A DNA stretch of 32,000 bases, taken from Pyrodictium abyssi (GTDB lineage Archaea > Thermoproteota > Thermoprotei_A > Sulfolobales > Pyrodictiaceae). The position numbers were made by a program, and so were the translations under genes. Below, one piece after another: positions 14,927-24,060 of this stretch. Each line of letters begins with the position of its first letter. Position 1 is the first letter of the stretch. The stretch covers positions 690,001 through 722,000 of the forward strand of contig NZ_AP028907.1 in the NCBI RefSeq assembly GCF_036323395.1, given 5' to 3'. The notes under the pieces were generated by a model, which made no database searches, was not told the DNA's origin, and saw only the letters and a program-made list of their open reading frames with translations.

Positions 14927-16306
14927 TTACCGGGCGCGCTTGCCCCGGAGCAGGTAGTGTGTAGGCCTGCCGAGAGCCATCTCCGCGGCCTCTCGCAGCG
15001 CCTCGCTGACGGACGGATGCGGGTGCACCACGCTGGCAAGCTCCTCTAGGGTGACGCCCTTCTCCACCGCGAGGGTGGCCTCGGCTACGAACTCGGAGGC
15101 GCGCGGCGCCGCAGCGGCTAAGCCGAGTACCTTGAGGCTACGCTTGTCGTATACTATCTTGACGAGCCCCGCCTCGGAGCCCTCCATGACCGCTGAGGCT
15201 ACGCCGCCCAGCCTTATCCGGGCCTCGGCAGCGTCTAGGCCCGCTTTGCGGGCTTCTTCGAGCGTATAGCCTACCTGGGCTAGCTCTGGCTCCATGTAGA
15301 CCACCATGGGCACCGCCTTCGGCCTGTACACCGCGCTACCGCCCGCAGCGTTGACACCCGCAACGATGGACTGAGCCACGGCCTTGTGCGCGAGGAGCGG
15401 CGGCCCAGCCGCATCGCCCGCCGCGTAGACACCGGGTACACTAGTGGCCATGCGCTCGTCTACCTTTATGTAGCCCCTCTCGTCGAGCTCTACGCCAGCC
15501 TCCTCCAGGCCTATCCCCCGGGTCGCGGGGCGGCGCCCTGTGGCCACGAGCACCGCGTCAGCCTCTATCTTCTCCCCGTTCTCCAGCACCGCCTCCACGT
15601 GGTCTCTGCCGCGCTCTAGCCGGGCTATCCGGGCCGAAGTGTACACCCTGACGCCGAGGCCGCGGAGCAGCCTCCGGGCAGCAAGGGAGAGGTCGCGGTC
15701 CATGCCGGGTAGTAGCCGGGGCATGAGCTCGACGAGGCTAACCTCGACGCCGAGCCTGGCCATTATATCCGCGTACTCGACGCCGATAGGCCCACCGCCC
15801 ACTATGAGGAGCCTACCGGGGAGCTCTTCCAGCCCTAGGAAGCTGCGGTTGTCGTGCACCCGGTTCCCGTCAGGCTCTAGGCCTGGAGGCGACCAGGGCT
15901 CCGTGCCAGGCGCCAGCACTATCCTGCCAGCCTCTAGGACCGCGCCGCTGGCTTCCACGAGCCTACCTGGGCGGAGCCGAGCCCTCGCATGGATTATCTC
16001 CACGCCGTAGCCCTCTAGGAGCTGCTCTATCCCAGACCGTATCTTCTCGACAACACTCATGGCTTCGCGGATCAGCTTCCCGTGGTCTATCTCCACCCTA
16101 CCCACGGAGGAGGCTATGCTCGCTGCGAGCGCTATGCGGCGTAGAGCCTTAGTCGGTATACAGCCGTAGTTCGTGCACTCGCCGCCCAGAGCGCGTGCCT
16201 CTACGAGGGCTACACGAAGCCCCCTCTGCGCAGCGTGGACCGCTGCCGGGTACCCGCCTGGGCCACCACCGATAACGACCACGTCGTAGCGTCGTGTTTC
16301 TGTCAA
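14927..16306 (-). CDS. lpdA: Dihydrolipoamide dehydrogenase (E3)-type flavoprotein disulfide reductase
   Basis: Signatures are [13 protein letters not shown] (FAD), the redox centre [13 protein letters not shown], a second Rossmann motif [12 protein letters not shown], and C-terminal [10 protein letters not shown]. The start is placed at TTG 16306, 6 codons before the FAD motif. The 78-codon extension to ATG 16540 looks non-protein-like. Confidence 0.8.
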   Translation of the reverse strand: MTETRRYDVVVIGGGPGGYPAAVHAAQRGLRVALVEARALGGECTNYGCIPTKALRRIALAASIASSVGRVEIDHGKLIREAMSVVEKIRSGIEQLLEGYGVEIIHARARLRPGRLVEASGAVLEAGRIVLAPGTEPWSPPGLEPDGNRVHDNRSFLGLEELPGRLLIVGGGPIGVEYADIMARLGVEVSLVELMPRLLPGMDRDLSLAARRLLRGLGVRVYTSARIARLERGRDHVEAVLENGEKIEADAVLVATGRRPATRGIGLEEAGVELDERGYIKVDERMATSVPGVYAAGDAAGPPLLAHKAVAQSIVAGVNAAGGSAVYRPKAVPMVVYMEPELAQVGYTLEEARKAGLDAAEARIRLGGVASAVMEGSEAGLVKIVYDKRSLKVLGLAAAAPRASEFVAEATLAVEKGVTLEELASVVHPHPSVSEALREAAEMALGRPTHYLLRGKRAR

Positions 16307-16500
16307 GCCTGGGCCCCAAGGGGCTCCGGCTGGAGCCGGGAATATCTGTCTACCACATCCGGTATCCCCCGGGCCAGCCGCAGGAAACAGAGAACAGCTG
16401 TTGCCCCGGGCCTCGCCCGGCCTCCTGGACGCTAGGTCACGGAGCCAACCACATATATTCCCTCGGGCCGGCTGGCCCAGGGAAGAGGTGCCGCAGGGGC

Positions 16501-16995
16501 ATGGAGTGTGCAGGCTCCTACCCTGTGGAGGTCCGTACACATACTGCTCTCCACGTGTTGAAGGGCGCTGTCGTGAAAGTCCTGGGGCCTGGGGCCCGGT
16601 GGACAGCCTCCACCTACGTGGACGGTAGCCACGGGAGGCTGACTGTGAAGTTCGACCGTAAACCGAGCCCCGAGGAGATTAGGCGCATCGAAGAAGAGGC
16701 AAACCGGGTTGTCAGAGAAGACCTCCCAGTAGAGGTGGTTGTGCTACCCCGCCGTGCCGCTGAGGAGAAGTATGGAGACCTCATCTACGACCTATTCCCC
16801 GTCCCAGACCACGTCACGGAACTCTCGATAGTCATTATCCGGGATAGGAGTGGAGAATTATGGAACATTAACGCGTGCAACAAGCAGCACACTGCCAGCA
16901 CCGGGTGCATCGGCCGCATCCAGGTCGGTAAGCCCCGGTTTCGCCGCAGTAAACAACTCCTGGAGATACCGTTCGACATAGAGCCCGACGGGTAG
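16501..16995 (+). CDS. alaX: AlaX-S type alanyl-tRNA editing protein (tRNA_SAD domain)
   Basis: From ATG 16501 the translation is [29 protein letters not shown]...[10 protein letters not shown], with the HxxxH and CxxxH zinc motifs. It is about 164 aa, typical of free-standing AlaX-S. GAGGTG lies 11 nt upstream. Confidence 0.85.
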   Translation: MECAGSYPVEVRTHTALHVLKGAVVKVLGPGARWTASTYVDGSHGRLTVKFDRKPSPEEIRRIEEEANRVVREDLPVEVVVLPRRAAEEKYGDLIYDLFPVPDHVTELSIVIIRDRSGELWNINACNKQHTASTGCIGRIQVGKPRFRRSKQLLEIPFDIEPDG

Positions 16996-17022
16996 CCCGG
17001 AAAGGGGGTGCGCACCGTCCAG

Positions 17023-17715
17023 CTATTCTAGCACGCCCATGAGCCTCCATGCCTGGAGGAGTTCTCTCAGCGTTAGCTGGCCGGGGGCTACGGGCTCGCC
17101 TAGGCTAGCGTAGGTCAGGGCACCGCCCATCAGCGGGGCTAGTATCCGGGATAGCCTGCCTAGCCGCCCCATAGCGAAGGCTGCCGCCCGGCCCGGCCAC
17201 CGGGAGTTTATGCCGAGCACCTTCCAGTTATCCTCCAGGGTTTTAGCGGTCGTAACTACCTTTACTACCGCTGCGCCGCGGCGTATCATGTCGCCCGCGT
17301 AGCTGTAGAGCACCTCGGGTGGCGGCGTCCAGCGGAAGTCGTGCATGGATACTATCACGCGGCCCCTGGCGGCCTGGAGCGCCTCGTCGAGGAGGCTAAA
17401 GCGGTACTCGACATCTATCAGCCAAGCCCCATGGTCTAGCAGGGATAGTAGTGTGTCCAGCTTCTCCCTGTCGGGGCCACTGTAGCGGCCGCCCTCGCGG
17501 CTATCGCGGAGCGTGGCTATAGCGCGGATACCCCGGCTAGACAGCTCTTCTACGGCACGCTGGGCCTCGCTGAGGCCGTAGCCTAGCAGATCCAGCCTCA
17601 GCTCTACTACTCGGCAGCCCTCCCGGGCTACTGCCTCTGCTAGCTGGCTTGGCGGAGCTGGTTCCGGTATGCAGGCGACCCGGTCGAGTAGCCTACTGGC
17701 CACTGCTTGCTGCAA
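17023..17715 (-). CDS. aroD: 3-dehydroquinate dehydratase, type I
   Basis: 230 aa with a TTG start; an alternative GTG is at 17703. VVELRLDLL and the type I DHQase TIM-barrel pattern are present. It overlaps the aroB 3' end. Confidence 0.85.
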   Translation of the reverse strand: MQQAVASRLLDRVACIPEPAPPSQLAEAVAREGCRVVELRLDLLGYGLSEAQRAVEELSSRGIRAIATLRDSREGGRYSGPDREKLDTLLSLLDHGAWLIDVEYRFSLLDEALQAARGRVIVSMHDFRWTPPPEVLYSYAGDMIRRGAAVVKVVTTAKTLEDNWKVLGINSRWPGRAAAFAMGRLGRLSRILAPLMGGALTYASLGEPVAPGQLTLRELLQAWRLMGVLE

Positions 17716-18811
17716 GGCGCCACGCCTCGGCTAGAAGGTCTAGCGCCTCCTCGATCCCCATTGACACCAATACGGGCTTTCCTATCTCCTTCAGCATCGG
17801 CATAACTATCCTGTTGCCACGTCTCTTCTTGTCTAGCTTTATCGCCTCCAATGTCTCCATGGGGTCTAGCCCTGACGGCGGCGCTGTCGGCAAGCCTATT
17901 GAGGAGAGCAGCGAGCGTATCTCCTCTATGTCCTCCCTAGGCGCGCCAAGCTTCATTGTGGCTGCTATCCCCTCGACTACTAGGCCTATTGCTACCGCGT
18001 AGCCGTGTCTCATTGTGTATCCCGTCGCCTTTTCTAGTGCATGAGCTACCGTGTGACCGAGGTTGAGTATCATCCTGTCGCCACGCTTCTCGCGGTAATC
18101 CCTAGAGACTATGCTCATCTTCACGTCTAGGCTGTACTTCACAGCCCTCGTTAGCGTCTCGGGGTTCCGCTTAACGAGCCCCTCCGCGTTGCCGCGGAGC
18201 CAGTCTAGGAGGTCGCGCCCGTGTATAGCCGCGTGCTTGACTATCTCAGCGAGGCCAGAGACGTACTCTTCGTGTGGAAGCGTTCCCAGGTGGTCTATGT
18301 CTGCCACGACTATCCTGGGGTGGTGGAAGACTCCTACAATGTTCTTCGCGCCGAGGTTTACCGCTGTCTTGCCCCCAACAGCCGCGTCCGCCATAGCTAG
18401 GAGCGTTGTCGGGACTGTGGCCCAGTCTATCCCCCTCATGTAGGTGGCTGCCACGAAGCCAGCTGTGTCTGAGACCGCGCCACCGCCGTAGGCTACTAGG
18501 AGTGCGTCACGGGGCACGTTCTCCTTAGCCATCCAGCTCCACAGCTGGACTACTGTGTCGAGTGTCTTGGTCTTCTCGCCGCCCGGGAGCTCGGTGAAGT
18601 AGACCGGGATGCCTGCATCGCGGATACCTGCTAGTATGTCGCCGAGCATAGCGCGGGGCGCGCCCGCGTCAGCGACGACTACTATCGTGGAGTAGGGGCC
18701 GTACTCGAGCGCTAGCCTGCCTATGAGGCGGCGGGCGCCCGGGCCAACGATTATGGCTACGTCGTGGCTGTCCTGGATTATCCAGCAGCCACGGTCCGCT
18801 TCCTGACTCAT
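17693..18811 (-). CDS. aroB: 3-dehydroquinate synthase (canonical AroB type)
   Basis: 372 aa. Signatures are GGGAVSDTAGFVAATYMRGI, the metal-site motif LNLGHTVAHALE and HGYAVAIG. It has an ATGA overlap with the upstream DAHP synthase gene. Confidence 0.9.
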   Translation of the reverse strand: MSQEADRGCWIIQDSHDVAIIVGPGARRLIGRLALEYGPYSTIVVVADAGAPRAMLGDILAGIRDAGIPVYFTELPGGEKTKTLDTVVQLWSWMAKENVPRDALLVAYGGGAVSDTAGFVAATYMRGIDWATVPTTLLAMADAAVGGKTAVNLGAKNIVGVFHHPRIVVADIDHLGTLPHEEYVSGLAEIVKHAAIHGRDLLDWLRGNAEGLVKRNPETLTRAVKYSLDVKMSIVSRDYREKRGDRMILNLGHTVAHALEKATGYTMRHGYAVAIGLVVEGIAATMKLGAPREDIEEIRSLLSSIGLPTAPPSGLDPMETLEAIKLDKKRRGNRIVMPMLKEIGKPVLVSMGIEEALDLLAEAWRLAASSGQ

Positions 18812-19626
18812 ATTAGCCCAGCTCCCCGTAGCTGGTCTACAAGTTCCTCGAACATCTTAAACGGTAGCTGCTGCTTAGAGTCGCTGAGCGCCTTGTCGGG
18901 GTTAGGGTGGACCTCCATCATTACCCCGTGAGCGCCTGCTGCTAGGGCTGCGCGGGCTAGCCATGGCACTAGGCTGCGGCGGCCCGCTGGGTGGCTCACG
19001 TCCACTATTATCGGCAGCCTTGACACCTCCCTGACCACCGGCACCACTGTTATGTCTAGGCTGAAGCGGGCGTACTCGTTGAAGCCCCTGGTCCCCCTCT
19101 CCACCAGGGCGACCTCCTCCAGCCCGCCAGCTAGTAGGTACTCGGCGCTGCAGAGCCACTCGTTTATCGTTGCTCCGAAGTGTCTCTTGAGGAGCACTGG
19201 TTTGCCCGCCCGGGCTAGCTCGCGGAGGAGCGGGGTGTTCTGCATGTTGCGCGCGCCGACCCACATTATGTCTACGTACTCTGCCGCCGTCTTCACGTCG
19301 CGTGGGTCCATGACCTCGGTGGCTACCGGTAGTCCCGTCCGGTCGCCGGCTTCCCGTAGCCATTCAAGGGCCTTGGCTCCGTGGCCCTGGAAGCTGTAGG
19401 GGCTAGTGCGCGGCTTCCATGCGCCGCCCCGTATCACCACGTTGCGGAAGCCGTACTTGTCAACGAGTATCCTCTTTATCGCCTCGGCTGTCTCCACTAT
19501 CATGTCTCTGTCTTCTATGCTGCAGGGGCCCGCTATTATCACGGGTGTTTCGCCGCCTATCTCGACCCCGCGTACGCGGAAGCGTATGGGCTCGCCGCTC
19601 TCGCGGAGGACACGCCTACAGTCCAT
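18808..19626 (-). CDS. aroF: 3-deoxy-7-phosphoheptulonate (DAHP) synthase, short type I-beta
   Basis: 272 aa. Signatures are VIIAGPCSIE, GGAWKPRTSPYSFQG, KRHF and DVSHP. No regulatory extension domain is present. Confidence 0.9.
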   Translation of the reverse strand: MDCRRVLRESGEPIRFRVRGVEIGGETPVIIAGPCSIEDRDMIVETAEAIKRILVDKYGFRNVVIRGGAWKPRTSPYSFQGHGAKALEWLREAGDRTGLPVATEVMDPRDVKTAAEYVDIMWVGARNMQNTPLLRELARAGKPVLLKRHFGATINEWLCSAEYLLAGGLEEVALVERGTRGFNEYARFSLDITVVPVVREVSRLPIIVDVSHPAGRRSLVPWLARAALAAGAHGVMMEVHPNPDKALSDSKQQLPFKMFEELVDQLRGAGLI

Positions 19627-19708
19627 CGCGCGTGCACCCCGTGAGCTTTTTGTGCGCGCCTGGCGCCCTTAGCGCCGCGCCCTGGAGGCCTCTGGGCCGC
19701 GAAAGGGC

Positions 19709-19734
19709 TTTATACTGTTCCCACTCTGGTGGGA
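19709..19734 (+). promoter_or_regulatory. Candidate promoter/operator of the tkt-tyrA operon
   Basis: TTTATA (19709-19714) is followed after 4 nt by the inverted repeat TCCCAC (19719-19724)-tctg-GTGGGA (19729-19734). A second TTTAAA lies at 19757-19762. Confidence 0.4.
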
Positions 19735-19890
19735 CTCTTAGCCTGGGACAAAGAGGTTTAAAGCCGAAGGAGGGGGCAGCTTATTGTATCGGAGCTAGGC
19801 GGGATACTCGGAGCAGGTGATGTCCTTGGAATTTCGCTGAGCGAGAAGCTCCATGAGATATCTCTCCGCGCCCGTCAGCGCATTATACGC

Positions 19891-20619
19891 ATGGGCGTGG
19901 TGGAGAAAAGCGTACACGTAGGCGCGTCGCTCAGCGTGCTCGACATCCTAGTGACGCTGTACTTCGGCAGAGGCTTGAGGAAGACTGGCAGCAGGCCGAC
20001 GGAGCGCGACTGGCTGATACTGAGCAAGGGCCACGCTGTTCCCGCGCTCTACGCTGTTCTAGCCGAGATGGGGCTCATATCAGAGGAGAAACTGGACTCG
20101 ATAAGGGCTATCGACGGGCTTGAGGGGCATCCAGACTTCACGACCGAGGGCGTAGACGTGTCTACCGGCAGCCTCGGCCAGGGCCTGAGCATCGCAGCCG
20201 GTATAGCATACGCTATGAGGCTCGATGGCACCGAGGACCGGCACAAGGTCTACGTGATACTGGGTGACGGCGAGCTAGACGAGGGCCAGGTATGGGAGGC
20301 CGCTGCTACTGTGACGCACCTGGGCCTCCGCAGCGTAGTAGCAATAGTGGACGTTAACGGGTTCCAGCTCGACGGTCCGGTGGAGGCTATCAAGACTAAG
20401 GGCGATCTCGTTCTCCGCTGGCGTAGCCTCGGCTGGAGCGTGATAGAGGTAGACGGCCACGACTACGAGATGCTCCTCTCCGCGCTGGGGGCTGCTGACC
20501 AGGAGAAGAGGCCGACGGTTATACTCGCCTACACGCGTAGGGGCAAGGGTCTAGGCTTCCTAGAAGCGAGTGGGGGCCAGCACATTGACCGTAAGCATGC
20601 AGAGCGGTTTGCCGAGTGA
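19891..20619 (+). CDS. tkt: Transketolase, N-terminal (TPP-binding) subunit
   Basis: Signatures are GHAVPALYAVLAEMG, LEGHP, STGSLGQGLSIAAG and GDGELDEGQVWEA. The coordinates start at the first in-frame ATG. Conserved-looking N-terminal sequence (ISLSEKLHEISLRARQRIIR) continues upstream with no canonical start codon (see findings). Confidence 0.85.
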   Translation: MGVVEKSVHVGASLSVLDILVTLYFGRGLRKTGSRPTERDWLILSKGHAVPALYAVLAEMGLISEEKLDSIRAIDGLEGHPDFTTEGVDVSTGSLGQGLSIAAGIAYAMRLDGTEDRHKVYVILGDGELDEGQVWEAAATVTHLGLRSVVAIVDVNGFQLDGPVEAIKTKGDLVLRWRSLGWSVIEVDGHDYEMLLSALGAADQEKRPTVILAYTRRGKGLGFLEASGGQHIDRKHAERFAE

Positions 20620-21559
20620 GCTCCGGGGTGTAACCCGGATACGCGACGCTGTAGGCAAGGCGCTGCTGTTCCTCGGCGACGCCGACCCGGACGTGGTAGT
20701 GCTGACCGCGGACGTTGCTAGGAGTACTAGGACCTCGTGGTTCGCCGAGAAGTTCCCCGAGAGGTTCGTCAACATAGGGATATCGGAGCAGGACATGGTG
20801 GGGTTTGCCGCCGGGCTCGCGCTAGCCGGGAAGAAGCCCTACGCAGCGGCCTTCGCCATGTTCATGATGAGGGCCTGGGAGCAGATACGGAACAGCATTG
20901 ACAGAATGAACCTCGACGTGAAGCTGCTGGCCACCCATAGCGGGTTCAGCGACCACGGCGACGGCGCTAGCCACCAGAGCCTCGAGGACATAGCACTGAT
21001 GCGCGTACTCCACAACATGGCTGTAGTGGTCCCGGCCGACCCGCCGCAGGCCTACAAGGCCCTGCTGAGGGTACACGAGGAGGTAAGGGGCCCAGTATAC
21101 TTCAGGATAGGCCGCGACTACTCGCCCCAAGTGACCGACCCCGGCGCCGAGTACCGGTTCGGCGAGCTAGAGCTGCTTAGGGACGGCAGCGACGTCGCGC
21201 TCGTCTCAGCCGGGCCCATACTGTCGCAGGTGGTGGAGGCTGCTGAGCTGCTCCGCCGCGAGGGCGTAGACGCCGCTGTAGCCAACATGCACACAGTGAA
21301 GCCGCTGGATGAGCATGGCCTCGAGAAGCTCGCTAGGCGCACCGGGCTAGTGATCGTGGTCGAGGAGCACTTCCCCCGGGGCGGTTTATTCGGCGCCGTG
21401 GCCGAGGCGCTCGCCCAGCGTTACCCCGTACCCATCCACCCGGTAGCTGCCAAGGGCTATGGGCATAGCGCGCGTAGCGTGCTCGACCTCTACCGGGAGC
21501 ACGGGCTCCTAGCCCAGTCGATAGCCTCCCGTGTCCTCGAGATACTGGCCAGGGGGTGA
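20597..21559 (+). CDS. tkt: Transketolase, C-terminal (pyrimidine-binding) subunit
   Basis: Signatures are TRIRDAVGKAL, VNIGISEQDMVGFAAGLA and HQSLEDIALMR. The ATG 20597 start overlaps the end of the N-subunit gene. The ORF is open from GTG 20570. Confidence 0.85.
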   Translation: MQSGLPSELRGVTRIRDAVGKALLFLGDADPDVVVLTADVARSTRTSWFAEKFPERFVNIGISEQDMVGFAAGLALAGKKPYAAAFAMFMMRAWEQIRNSIDRMNLDVKLLATHSGFSDHGDGASHQSLEDIALMRVLHNMAVVVPADPPQAYKALLRVHEEVRGPVYFRIGRDYSPQVTDPGAEYRFGELELLRDGSDVALVSAGPILSQVVEAAELLRREGVDAAVANMHTVKPLDEHGLEKLARRTGLVIVVEEHFPRGGLFGAVAEALAQRYPVPIHPVAAKGYGHSARSVLDLYREHGLLAQSIASRVLEILARG

Positions 21560-22620
21560 CCAGGGGAGCCTTGACCGGCGGGGATGCAGCCGAGGCGTTA
21601 CGCTCGAGCCTACTCCGGATAGACCGCTCCCTAGTCAGCCTGATAGCAGCACGGCTCAACATAGCCGACGTCCTCGGCGGGGTGAAGCGGAGCGAGGGTA
21701 TGCCGGTCTACGATAGGGCGCGCGAATTGACCGTCGCCAGCCTGCTCGCCGATGAGGCTCGGAGCCTAGGCGTGCCAGACAGCCTCATCAAGGAGATATA
21801 CTTCATGCTGGCCAGGGAGTCGAGGTGCCGCCAGCTCTACTGCCCTGAGGCGCTAAGGGTAGCCTTCTACGGCTACGGCCGTATGGCCCGGATGCTGGCA
21901 GGCATGATGTCCCATGGCGGCTGCTGGGTGGCCATAACCGGGAGGAACCCTGAGAAGGCCCAGGAGGCTGCACGAGCCGTAGGAGCCCGGTACATGGAGC
22001 CCAGGAGGGCCATCGACTGGGCCGACATGCTGGTCTACGCTGTGCCGAGCACCGCCGTGCCAGAGCTGCTTAGGGAGCACCTGCCAATGCTCCGTGAGAG
22101 CATGTTAGTAGCCGACATAGCCTCGGTGAAGACCCCCCTCGTCGAGAAGATAGCGCTACTCCTCGGAGAGGGCTCGCCGGAGTATGTGAGCCTCCACCCG
22201 CTCTTCGGCCCCCTAAGCTGCCCAGCCGGCGAGAACGTGGCCGTAGTGCCGGTCAGGCTCGAGGGGTGGCGCCCGAGGCTAGAGAAGCTCTTCACGGGCC
22301 TTGGGCTCAACCCGGTATACGTGACCGCTGAGGAGCACGACCGCGTAATGGCTGTCAACCAGGTACTACACCACCTAGTATACGACCTCTACCGGGAGGC
22401 TGCTAGGATACTCCACGAGAAGCTGGAGATAGACCCGGGGCGCTCGAAGGAGCTCGTAACCTGGAGCCTCAAGAAGACAGAGAACATAGCCGCCCGGCTC
22501 GAGCAGCTCCACAGCGTGGTCGAGGAGATACGCCGGGAGAACCCCTACACGGAGGAAGTATTCAAGGCCCTCAGCCAGGCCCTTCAGCGACTCGCTGAGG
22601 CCCAGGCGGGCGACTCCTAA
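21556..22620 (+). CDS. tyrA: Bifunctional chorismate mutase (AroQ-type) / prephenate dehydrogenase
   Basis: 354 aa. The N-terminal ~90 aa (LRSSLLRIDRSLVSLIAARLNIADVLGGVKRSEGMPVYDRARE) is an AroQ helical chorismate mutase. The remainder (VAFYGYGRMARMLA...IASVK...HPLFGP) is prephenate dehydrogenase. The GTG start overlaps the tkt stop (GTGA). Confidence 0.85.
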   Translation: MTRGALTGGDAAEALRSSLLRIDRSLVSLIAARLNIADVLGGVKRSEGMPVYDRARELTVASLLADEARSLGVPDSLIKEIYFMLARESRCRQLYCPEALRVAFYGYGRMARMLAGMMSHGGCWVAITGRNPEKAQEAARAVGARYMEPRRAIDWADMLVYAVPSTAVPELLREHLPMLRESMLVADIASVKTPLVEKIALLLGEGSPEYVSLHPLFGPLSCPAGENVAVVPVRLEGWRPRLEKLFTGLGLNPVYVTAEEHDRVMAVNQVLHHLVYDLYREAARILHEKLEIDPGRSKELVTWSLKKTENIAARLEQLHSVVEEIRRENPYTEEVFKALSQALQRLAEAQAGDS

Positions 22621-22637
22621 TTAGGCCCCCGGCCGCG

Positions 22638-22642
22638 TTTTT
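22638..22642 (+). terminator. Oligo-T tract after the tkt-tyrA operon
   Basis: TTTTT lies 18 nt after the tyrA stop and is preceded by the GC-rich ggcccccggccgcg. Archaeal terminators are typically oligo-T. Confidence 0.3.
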
Positions 22643-22678
22643 GGGGTAGACGGAGATACGCTGTACCGCCTGGTTCAC

Positions 22679-22903
22679 ATGCGCCTACGCTCCTTCCGTT
22701 CTCCTTCTTTAACTCGTTCACGGGAATGCCATGGCTGGCCAATAGGGATACTCATAGCATTCTATGTCTACAGCGACGCTTCCCGTAGATACCCACGGGG
22801 CAGCCTAGCTCCGCTCGTCTGGACCATAGCTGTCGTGTTCGGCGGGCTACTGGTGCTGGTACTCTACCTCCTCGTAAGACCACAGGAGCGGAGAGAAGAC
22901 TAG
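22679..22903 (+). CDS. Small two-helix membrane protein (hypothetical)
   Basis: 74 aa. WPIGILIAFYVYSDASRRYPRGSLAPLVWTIAVVFGGLLVLVLYLLVRP resembles the short YVYxDA-type membrane proteins common in archaea; this comparison is from memory. Its 3' end overlaps the aroC stop by 4 nt (convergent). Confidence 0.4.
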   Translation: MRLRSFRSPSLTRSRECHGWPIGILIAFYVYSDASRRYPRGSLAPLVWTIAVVFGGLLVLVLYLLVRPQERRED

Positions 22904-24045
22904 CCAGCCGGGCCTCCAAGGCCCCTCTCCAGGCGATGGTAGTGCTCAAGCCTCCACGGGAGCCAGCGTAGCAAGTGGTCTGCCACAACGAGGGCTGCCG
23001 CAGCCTCGACGACGGGTACTGCTCTGACAGCTATTGCTGGGTCGTGGCGGCCTCTGCCGGTTATCTCGGCTTCTTCTAGTCCCCGCCAGTCTATCGTCTT
23101 CTTTGGCAGCCTTATCGTCGAGGTCGGCTTGAAGGCTACACGGGCTACTATGGGCGCCCCGGCTGCTATCCCGCCGAGTATTCCGCCGCCGTGGCCCGGG
23201 ACCGGTGTGGGCGCCGCATCTGGGCCTAGTACCAGGTCGTCTGTGGCCTCTGAGCCCCTCATACGTGCCACGGCCATACCGGTGCCGAATTCTACGCCCT
23301 TCACGCCGGGTATCGCGAAGAACGCTTTTGCTAGGTCGCCGTCCAGGGTGTCGAAGGGCGGCTCGCCGAGGCCGGGCGGGGCGCCTAGTATCCAGAGCTC
23401 TACTAGGCCTCCGAGGCTGTCGCCCTTCTTCATAGCCTCTATTAGTGCTTGCTCCATCTCCCGGGAGGCGGCCTCGTCGTGGCAGAATACTGGGCTCTTG
23501 TTTCTCTCCTCGCGCAGCCTCTGGAGCTGCTCGCCGCCGGCGAGGCCCCGGGGCTCCGGGCACTCGGCTGGGCCGAGCGCCCTGAGGTACGCATAGAACT
23601 GTATGCCGTGCATACCGGCTATCTTCTTAGCCACCGTGCCCGCGGCTACTAGTGCTGCTGTGAGCCGGCCGGAGAAGGGGCCGCCGCCGCGGTAGTCGTT
23701 GAACCCCATGCTCCGGAGCCTTGCCGTGAGGTCGGCGTGGCCGGGGCGCGGCCTATAGCGGACCACCTGCTCGTAGAAGCTGCTGTCCACGTCGCGGTTG
23801 CGTATTAGCATGGCTAGGGGCGCGCCCGTGGTGTAGCCCATGTGGACGCCGGAGAGTATCTCTACGCGGTCCTCCTCGCGGCGTGGCGTGGTGAGCCGGC
23901 GGCCCGGCCGCCGTAGCTCAAGCTCCCTGTCTATCTCCTCCGGCGAGACCGGTACACCGGGCGGCACGCCCTCTAGCACAGCGCCTATGCAGCAGCCGTG
24001 GCTCTCCCCGAATATGGTGAGCCGCAGCACAGTGCCCAGCGGCAT
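22900..24045 (-). CDS. aroC: Chorismate synthase
   Basis: 381 aa. Signatures are LRLTIFGESHG, RPGHAD, GRLTAA and GGILGGI. Confidence 0.95.
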   Translation of the reverse strand: MPLGTVLRLTIFGESHGCCIGAVLEGVPPGVPVSPEEIDRELELRRPGRRLTTPRREEDRVEILSGVHMGYTTGAPLAMLIRNRDVDSSFYEQVVRYRPRPGHADLTARLRSMGFNDYRGGGPFSGRLTAALVAAGTVAKKIAGMHGIQFYAYLRALGPAECPEPRGLAGGEQLQRLREERNKSPVFCHDEAASREMEQALIEAMKKGDSLGGLVELWILGAPPGLGEPPFDTLDGDLAKAFFAIPGVKGVEFGTGMAVARMRGSEATDDLVLGPDAAPTPVPGHGGGILGGIAAGAPIVARVAFKPTSTIRLPKKTIDWRGLEEAEITGRGRHDPAIAVRAVPVVEAAAALVVADHLLRWLPWRLEHYHRLERGLGGPAG

Positions 24046-24060
24046 CCCGGGGCTACACCT

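Noticed and set aside
16294-16540. N-terminal extensions of lpdA (to ATG 16540) and of alaX (to ATG 16294), which overlap each other antisense.
   Set aside because: Both extensions are Pro/Gly/Arg/Cys-rich and lie in a GC-rich intergenic region. The conserved domains begin right after TTG 16306 and ATG 16501 respectively.
19817-19840. GTGATGT ... CTGA resembling C and D boxes of a C/D sRNA.
   Set aside because: The boxes are only ~14 nt apart with no C'/D' or terminal stem. That is far too short for a C/D box sRNA.
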